Assembly: GCA_964387845.1 (NCBI GenBank)
Contig: CAYLXA010000009.1
Span: forward strand, 42,098 to 106,097
DNA: 64,000 bases
DNA from: an uncultured bacterium
GTDB taxonomy: Bacteria > Omnitrophota > Omnitrophia > Omnitrophales > Abzuiibacteriaceae
Direction of reading: 5' to 3'
Position 1 is the stretch's first letter. Every line of letters begins with the position of its first letter. The notes beneath the pieces are model-generated. The model had not been told where the DNA came from. It ran no database searches and saw nothing but the letters and a program-made list of their open reading frames with translations. Of this stretch, positions 38,101 through 44,200 are shown one piece after another. The position numbers and the translations under genes are program-made.

Positions 38101-39689
38101 TTCTTAATTGCTTCGTCATACTCTTCCGGGTTTGTAACATCGCCGAACAACACATCCGTGACGATACCTTCGGTATTTTCAAATGCTTTTAACGTGTTTG
38201 CTTCTCTTAGGCGGGATTTTTCGTTGTAGTCAGCAGCAATTACAACCAACGGATGTTCCTTGAGATGTTTGCCGCGCAAAGTGTTCTGAATAATGTGATC
38301 GACTGTTAATTTTAAAAGATGCCCGTCGCCTGCGCCCATATCCGCAATTCCGGCAGGCTGGGCTTCAATAGGCGCGTTAAAAATCCGGTCAACCCGCGCA
38401 ATAATATCTTGGATATAAGCTTTATGCGCAAAGCTGCTGCCCCAGATATCCATCACGCGGTCAATGTGGCCGTCCCGGTCAATACCAAGCGGATCCGGAT
38501 TTCCAAAAAGCATTTGGTCTAAAACTTTGTAGGATTTTAAATAGGATGTCGTAACGCCATAGCTGCCCACTTTCTTCATAAACGACAGCCCTTTGGGTGT
38601 GAGGCGGACTAGATGACGCTGATGCGGCTGCCGCTCGGCCAGACTATGTATTGCCAACAGGTCGAATGCTGCGTCTATAAAACCGCGCTGAAAGCTTTCG
38701 GAAATGAGCCCAATATCAAAACTATTGTTTTGAGCTTCTAATTGATTAAAGATTGATTCTCCGACTTGGACAATTTCGCCGTCAACATCGCGATAAACAG
38801 GCATACCGAGCGCCACCATCGTTGCGCTCATGATGATACCGTCGATTTGAGTCCGTACTTCCTCAATTACCCTGCCCACTACCCTTGAATCATGGTGCCT
38901 GAATATAGGACTGGATGAGCTTGGCAAACTCCATCCACGCGCACTTTGTTCAACCAATGCCTTATACTGCTTAAGTTCCACGTAGCGCCCGTCTTGGCTT
39001 GGTTGATGAAAATATTCATGAAGCCTTACAACGTCCGCGATTCCTTTAACCGGTGTTTCTAAATAGCCGGCATTTGCAAGCAATGCCGCAATCTGCCCTT
39101 TTTCCGTTAGTGAAAAAACGGTCTGCTGGTCAATGCCCCACATCCTAACCCACCCCTGCAGGGCAAGCGTCCGCATCGCTCCGTAAATGTTGCCTGCATT
39201 AAATTTTTCTCCATACGATGCAAACCTTGACTCTAAACTGGCTAAACTTAAGGATTCAGGCTGTGTCCAAGACCCGAATTGATAGAAAACACCCGCTTTA
39301 GATAAATAATGAAGTATGGGAATTGTCATAAGGCCGTTAATGTGCTGGAAGATCAGCGACCGAACTTCGCTTTCGGATACAGGGCCGATATTGGATCTTA
39401 ATTCCGACCTGGGATTAAAAAGCGTTTTGACAAACTGGACGGTGATATCCGCGAGCGAATGCTGCTCTAAGATTTTTTCTTCCGGAAGATCAAGTTCTTT
39501 TCTGAGTTCGGAACGGAATGCGGGCACCATATCCGCCGATTCCGGACGCAGCGTAGAATTATATTTCAGCGCCGAGGTCAGGTAAGGAATGTCGGAATAA
39601 GCGATAGAACTTGTAAATGAAAACGAAACTACAAGCAGTGCAGAAATTAACTTAAGAAAATAATTTTGTTTCATCTTATCCCTTACCAC
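26148..39689 (-). CDS. Giant mosaic polyprotein C, 4513 aa, built from methylmalonyl/propionyl-CoA modules. The likely true start is the ATG at 39672..39674.
   Basis: ORF-track start is GTG at 39687..39689. The in-frame ATG 5 codons downstream (39672..39674) is preceded by AAGGGA (plus strand 39679..39684) at SD distance, and lies 2 nt after the TAA of ORF X (GGT AAG GGA TAA g ATG). This indicates translational coupling. The leader from the ATG reads [28 protein letters not shown]. Confidence 0.85.
   Translation of the reverse strand: [4513 protein letters not shown]
26151..26700 (-). other. C-terminal conserved region of C.
   Basis: ...[34 protein letters not shown]...[30 protein letters not shown]...[11 protein letters not shown]. 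The FDEGL block is also found in E. Confidence 0.4.
26775..26789 (-). other. Example RSELR site in C (codons AGA TCG GAG CTT CGC).
   Basis: Plus strand gcgaagctccgatct. Reads [15 protein letters not shown]. Confidence 0.9.
26800..27380 (-). other. Module in C: P-loop nucleoside/sugar kinase-like (uridine kinase/PRK family).
   Basis: [22 protein letters not shown] (~27300..27345), [17 protein letters not shown]. Preceded by [12 protein letters not shown] and followed by [11 protein letters not shown] (26775..26789). Confidence 0.45.
27560..28330 (-). other. Module in C: carboxyltransferase alpha (AccA-like).
   Basis: [72 protein letters not shown] (~27855..27890), [14 protein letters not shown]. 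No biotinyl-carrier (AMKM) domain was seen in C. Confidence 0.85.
28340..29230 (-). other. Module in C: acetyl/propionyl-CoA carboxyltransferase beta (AccD-like) with a partially degenerate zinc ribbon.
   Basis: [22 protein letters not shown] (~29155..29200, only one CxxC pair), [60 protein letters not shown]. Confidence 0.85.
29260..30700 (-). other. Module in C: biotin carboxylase (ATP-grasp) with BC C-terminal domain. The glycine-rich ATP loop is partly degenerate.
   Basis: [11 protein letters not shown]..., [27 protein letters not shown] (~30185..30260; canonical KASAGGGGKGM), [33 protein letters not shown]. C-terminal domain [14 protein letters not shown]...FDTNYL. Confidence 0.65.
30950..31650 (-). 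other. Module in C: SAM-dependent methyltransferase-like, copy 2.
   Basis: [21 protein letters not shown] (~31495..31540). Confidence 0.5.
31790..33830 (-). other. Module in C: B12-dependent acyl-CoA mutase (methylmalonyl-CoA mutase family), catalytic barrel plus canonical B12-binding domain.
   Basis: [27 protein letters not shown] (~33740..33810), [20 protein letters not shown], and the B12 domain [34 protein letters not shown] (~32090..32190, DxHxxG present). Confidence 0.85.
33850..34060 (-). other. Module in C: glyoxalase/VOC-fold segment, methylmalonyl-CoA epimerase-like.
   Basis: [64 protein letters not shown]. Confidence 0.35.
34000..35050 (-). other. Module in C: MeaB/ArgK-family GTPase, copy 2.
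   Basis: [76 protein letters not shown] (~34860..34905). Confidence 0.8.
35250..36230 (-). other. Module in C: MeaB/ArgK-family G3E GTPase (mutase chaperone), copy 1. Followed by a Rossmann B12-binding-like domain that lacks DxHxxG.
   Basis: [77 protein letters not shown] (P-loop at ~36110..36160). Preceded by [12 protein letters not shown]. Confidence 0.8.
37800..38500 (-). other. Module in C: SAM-dependent methyltransferase-like, copy 1.
   Basis: [24 protein letters not shown] (motif I, ~38300..38370). Confidence 0.5.
39590..39689 (-). other. Leader of C: conserved Sec-like leader.
   Basis: (MVRDK)[35 protein letters not shown]. First RSELR at about residue 58. Confidence 0.6.
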
Positions 39690-41250
39690 TGCTTTCGTCA
39701 GATTCCCCTTTAATGTACCAGCGGCCGTTTTCCCATTTTTCCGTGAGCATGCGGCGGTAAAGTTCGGGGCCTTGGCTGAGGCCGACAGTCGGCGCGATTA
39801 CGACAACGTTAAAGCCAATCCGGTTCAGTTTTCGGATAAGGCGTTCTTTATGGAAACCGCCCGCGATTAAAACGGATTCGGGTTCCCGGTCAGCTTTGAT
39901 TTTCTCCGTGAGATTTTCCACGAGCGCCTGGTCGCGCATGTTGGCGATGCGGTAAAAAGATTGAAATTCATCGAGTGTTTCATCCAGTTTCGCCAAATTA
40001 GACGGTAACGAAATATTTTTTCCCTGCCCGCCGGCCTGCGCATTGAGAAAATTTTTCCATCCTGCGATTTTGAAGCGGTCGCGCTCGTCCATGAAAACCT
40101 GATACTGCTCAGGGACGAGCTCCAATTTGACAAGCGATTCCAGAATCACGAGATCGTTTGACATCCGGTAAACCCGCTTCCCTTCCGGTGTTTCCAAAAA
40201 TGCGTCTGCAATACGGTCTGTGAGCTTTGCTTTTTCATCGAAAAACGCGAGCGAATCAATCTGATCCTGCTTCCTCAAATACGGAATAGCGCCTTTGACG
40301 GACGGATACTTATTGGTATCGATCGAATTTTTTTCGGCAAGTTCGATTAATTTTTCGTAAAAATCGGCGCGCTTATTGGCGTCTTTCTCAACGCCGTGTT
40401 CCGTATCCAAAACCGCGCGCAGTTCTTTGGCATCGACGCGGCGCTGCATCTCACGGACCAATTGTGTGCGCTCGTAATCGACTTTTTCGAAATCGGCGGT
40501 AGATTCCAATTTAATCAAACTGGAAAGCACTTCGACGTTCGGATAATCCGAAATCGAGATATTTTTCTTAGCGGCGAACTGAAAAAGAAGTTTGGCTTCC
40601 TGGTGCAGGTTGTGTTTGGCTGTAAAATCCTCAAGCTGGGTTTCAAATTCTAAAAATTCCTTCGGATAGAGACCGGGCTTGACGGCATTCACCGCAATCC
40701 TGACCTGTTTGAGCTGGTCTAGCATGTTCTGCATGAGCGGCTCAACTTTGGTAAATGCAATCAGGTTTTCGTCATACAAAACCTGGCTTTCGATTCCCCA
40801 CAAGAGCAACGGATAGTCTTCCGTGAAGTTTAAATATTCTTCTCCCGAAATTTTGCCTTCGCGCATCAGTTTGGTGCCGATTTCAACGCGTTTCTCCTTA
40901 GGGCCCACGCGGTATTCCGACAAACTCACATCGCCGATTCCGCCTTCGACCAAAACAAGCCGGATGTCGCGCGCTTTGTGGAGCGACTCGATGATTTTTG
41001 CCATCGCTTTTTGAGCTTCAAAATTAACGTGTGCGTCTAGGATATAAAAGATATTGAAAGGCTTTGAGCCCGGATGGTATTCCGAAATGCGGCCGGTTTC
41101 TTCGGGAATCTTAATCTGCGCGATATCGGCAGGAAGCGACACTTTGGAGCTTGCTGAGTAAAGTTCAGGGGCGCCTAAAAAACTCAGGGAAGCTATCAGA
41201 GCTAGGCAAATTGCGGTTGTGCGAAAACGTGGAGTGAAAACCATATGCAA
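39676..41250 (-). CDS. ORF X, 524 aa. Signal-peptide protein with a tentative Tiki/TraB/GumN-superfamily hydrolase-like pattern. Candidate processing enzyme.
   Basis: Start is TTG at 41248..41250, 9 nt from the GGGAGG SD at 41260..41265. An alternative ATG lies at 41242..41244. Signal peptide MVFTPRFRTTAICLALIASLSFLGAPELYSAS. The N-terminal motif IFYILDAHV and C-terminal motif VLIAGGFHKERLIRKLNRIGFNVVVI resemble the two conserved blocks of TraB/GumN (hh-Y-L-G-T-H ... V-G-A-G-H-L ... G-Y-x-V). The match is weak. It has no RSELR motif. The stop is TAA at 39676..39678. Confidence 0.8.
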   Translation of the reverse strand: MHMVFTPRFRTTAICLALIASLSFLGAPELYSASSKVSLPADIAQIKIPEETGRISEYHPGSKPFNIFYILDAHVNFEAQKAMAKIIESLHKARDIRLVLVEGGIGDVSLSEYRVGPKEKRVEIGTKLMREGKISGEEYLNFTEDYPLLLWGIESQVLYDENLIAFTKVEPLMQNMLDQLKQVRIAVNAVKPGLYPKEFLEFETQLEDFTAKHNLHQEAKLLFQFAAKKNISISDYPNVEVLSSLIKLESTADFEKVDYERTQLVREMQRRVDAKELRAVLDTEHGVEKDANKRADFYEKLIELAEKNSIDTNKYPSVKGAIPYLRKQDQIDSLAFFDEKAKLTDRIADAFLETPEGKRVYRMSNDLVILESLVKLELVPEQYQVFMDERDRFKIAGWKNFLNAQAGGQGKNISLPSNLAKLDETLDEFQSFYRIANMRDQALVENLTEKIKADREPESVLIAGGFHKERLIRKLNRIGFNVVVIAPTVGLSQGPELYRRMLTEKWENGRWYIKGESDESSGKG

Positions 41251-41288
41251 TCAGCCCTACCTCCCTATTTAATTCTGATTCGTACGAT

Positions 41289-44200
41289 TTACGCCGAACG
41301 GAGCGTCCGCAATTCGCTGCGAAGCTGAATACTCAATTGCTCAACAATATCCCGGATGCCGAGCGCCCGATAAAGCGCGCTGACATCTTCGCGCGACACA
41401 TACTCGACAAGACTTTTGTAACGTTCGCCGAGACGCTCAAAAAATGCTTTTTCGCGCTTAGAAGCAAGAATGCGTGTTTTATTAGCACCTTTTTCGATTA
41501 ATTGCCGGCGCGCATCCGGATAACTTCTTGAAAATACCACATGATCGATTGAAATACCCTGAAGCACGTCCCGGATAGCGGCTTCACCGGTGCTGTCAAC
41601 CACAAATGCAATCCGGTCGACCTTCGGAACGATAAAACGAAGCGCCCACAAAAGCTCCTGGCCCTTTTCCGTTCTTTCGCTTTCGGCCAGCACAAGATCT
41701 TGAGTCAAAATCGTGCCAAGAACTTGATCGGATTGAGAAGGCGCAAAATAATCAAAGAAACGGATGGTGCTCGTGGGGTCATCATAATTGGGAAACCGCA
41801 GGTTTTCAACCGCTGCGTAGACAAACCCGCCAAGCTCTGTGCGCGCATTCCGATCAACCATATCGCCGAGCGTCGCAAAATCATCAACAACAGCACTTGA
41901 TGCCCTCAATTCAGATCGAATGCCGGATTTTTCACTGGTTGCGGCCAATTGAGATTCCGCGGATGGCCCTACGTTCCTCCGAACCACAATCTTTGAAATT
42001 AAATCCCTAATTCCGGAATCTGTTCTTTGATACGTACTCAAATTCGGTAATTTCAAACCTAAAGCCCCGGACAAACTTTTGAGCGTCGGGTGCTTAATTT
42101 TACCTTGAACCATTGATTGGAGCGCGACGCGAAGTCTGTCCCTTGTGGGGGCTGGTTTAGTTTCCATTTGGTCTTTCGAATTTCTGAGCGAACCTTCAGT
42201 GACAGCCCATTGTATGACTGCTTCAATAGCGGGATCGGACTTCCGATAGTTAACTAAAGTATCATAGGCGACATCCGCCTCAGCCGCTAACTCAGTTAAA
42301 GTTGTTTGCAGCCTACCTTCTTGGCCTAAGCGTTTCACCGTATCCAATATTCTGTCGCGGACAGACATCTTCGGAGTTTCTGTTTCTTCGCGCAACTCGG
42401 AACGGCCGGATTGTCGCGATCGGAAAGCCCGGATTCCTTCCATGAGCTGAGTGCCGGTGACAGCTATCGCTTCACTTGCACCGGAGCCACCCTGAATTTC
42501 TCGCTCAACATCTTTTATCTCCAGTGTATCAATGAACGCTGGGACCGTCTGATTATCAATATTCGATCCCGATGATTTCACATAATCGGCAAACAAACGG
42601 TCGATAGCAGAATTCACTTGGTCAGGAGTTGCCTCTGTCGCCCTTAATTCACTGCGCGGCTCCTGAATCCCGTCTGTATCAGAATCAGCCTGGCCGCTTT
42701 GCTCGGCTGTTTGAGCAACCGTAACGAAGTAGAAGGTCCCGCGTTTTGAAACACGGGCGCTTGGCACTGCGCCGGCTTCGGCTTGTTTCGGCATTGTTAG
42801 ATTGATTCGGTTTATCAGCCACTCCAAAGTAAGAAGATTGGAAACACGCTGATCTCCGTCACGATAGAGTTCGGCAATCAAGTAAGTTTGCCCCTCCACT
42901 TTCTCGGAAATTGCAATTTTGTAAGAATAAGGCTCGATCAGAAAAACACGCTGCTTTCTGCCCACATACTTGATTGCAATATGAAATGGGCCGCTTAATT
43001 CAACTGCTTTCCGGCCAAGTTTAAAATCAGATCTTTGCTTCGACAATTTAATAGGAACAACCCACAGCGCCGCCCAAAGGCCGGCTCCCAGCGCTGCGAA
43101 GCCGTACTGAGAAACAATATAAAAAAAGTCACTCGCGATGCTGACCGAACCTCCCAAATTATTTCTGAGCTCTGAACGCGAGGCAACTACCTCTGCATCT
43201 TCGGGGCCTAGATAAATTGTGTTTAAAATATCCTCGGGAATCAAAGCAACAATTTGTTTTGCAATAACGGCCGGAGCCCGAATGGCTGCCGATAAAGTAA
43301 AATTCGATATTTCAATGATCAGCGTTTCGTTGGCAATATCAAATTTAAAATTGACTATATCTTCATCTGGATCGGGATGTAATTTGATCTCAATGCGCGG
43401 AAGTATATCGAGATTACGGTGTGCACGGCCAAAAGCTGATATTAAATGTGAACGCAAATACTCTTGCGGAGTCACTTTCGCCTCTTTTGAAGCTGCTGAA
43501 GAGAAAGGTGTATTTGTCCGGTTTGCGAATGCCGAAAATCCTCGCTTGATTACTAAAGTGACTAACGAAATGACACCAGCGAATAAACCGCCGGCAATAT
43601 ATTGAGAACCGGCATACACCAAATCAGAATATTCGGATGCACGAAGTTCGGATTTCTCGGCGCTGCCGGCTTGCGTTTCCAATTCGGCAAGTAACTTTTC
43701 GGCTTCCCTATCAGCTTCGGCGCTCTTTTTAAAAAGCGACAGGAAGAGATATATGAGAAAAGTAGAAATAAAACTGACACCGATTGCTACCTGCATCGGC
43801 TTTGAAGGGTCATGCGAAAGCCATTTGGTTAGCTGGTAAACAACAAACCCCGAAATAGCAGACGCGCCGGCAGAAATCGCCAACCTTACCAGTGAATTAC
43901 GTAGTTCGGAACGGTGAGCATCATCCGAACTGGATTTTGGAGTTGAATTTTGATCTTTAATTTCACGAACAAAAAGTCGGAAGAAAATGCTCAACAGTAC
44001 ATTACCAATCCACAATCTGAATTTACGGGTTGAACTTTGGTCTGTGACTGAACTGCCTGCTACCGCGGCACTCATAAGGTCAAATTCATCGTCATTGTCA
44101 TTGGCAACCTGAGATCCGCTCGTTTGATTTGTCGCTTGTGGTTTTAAACGCCAATACGCAAGAAGCGTCAAGCCAATAATCGTTCCCACCACAATTAACC

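Noticed and set aside
39676-39689. A 14-nt overlap of X with the annotated GTG start of C, read as evidence that one of the ORFs is spurious.
   Set aside because: Using the in-frame ATG at 39672..39674 for C, which has its own AAGGGA SD, removes the overlap and leaves a classic stop-start coupling junction.
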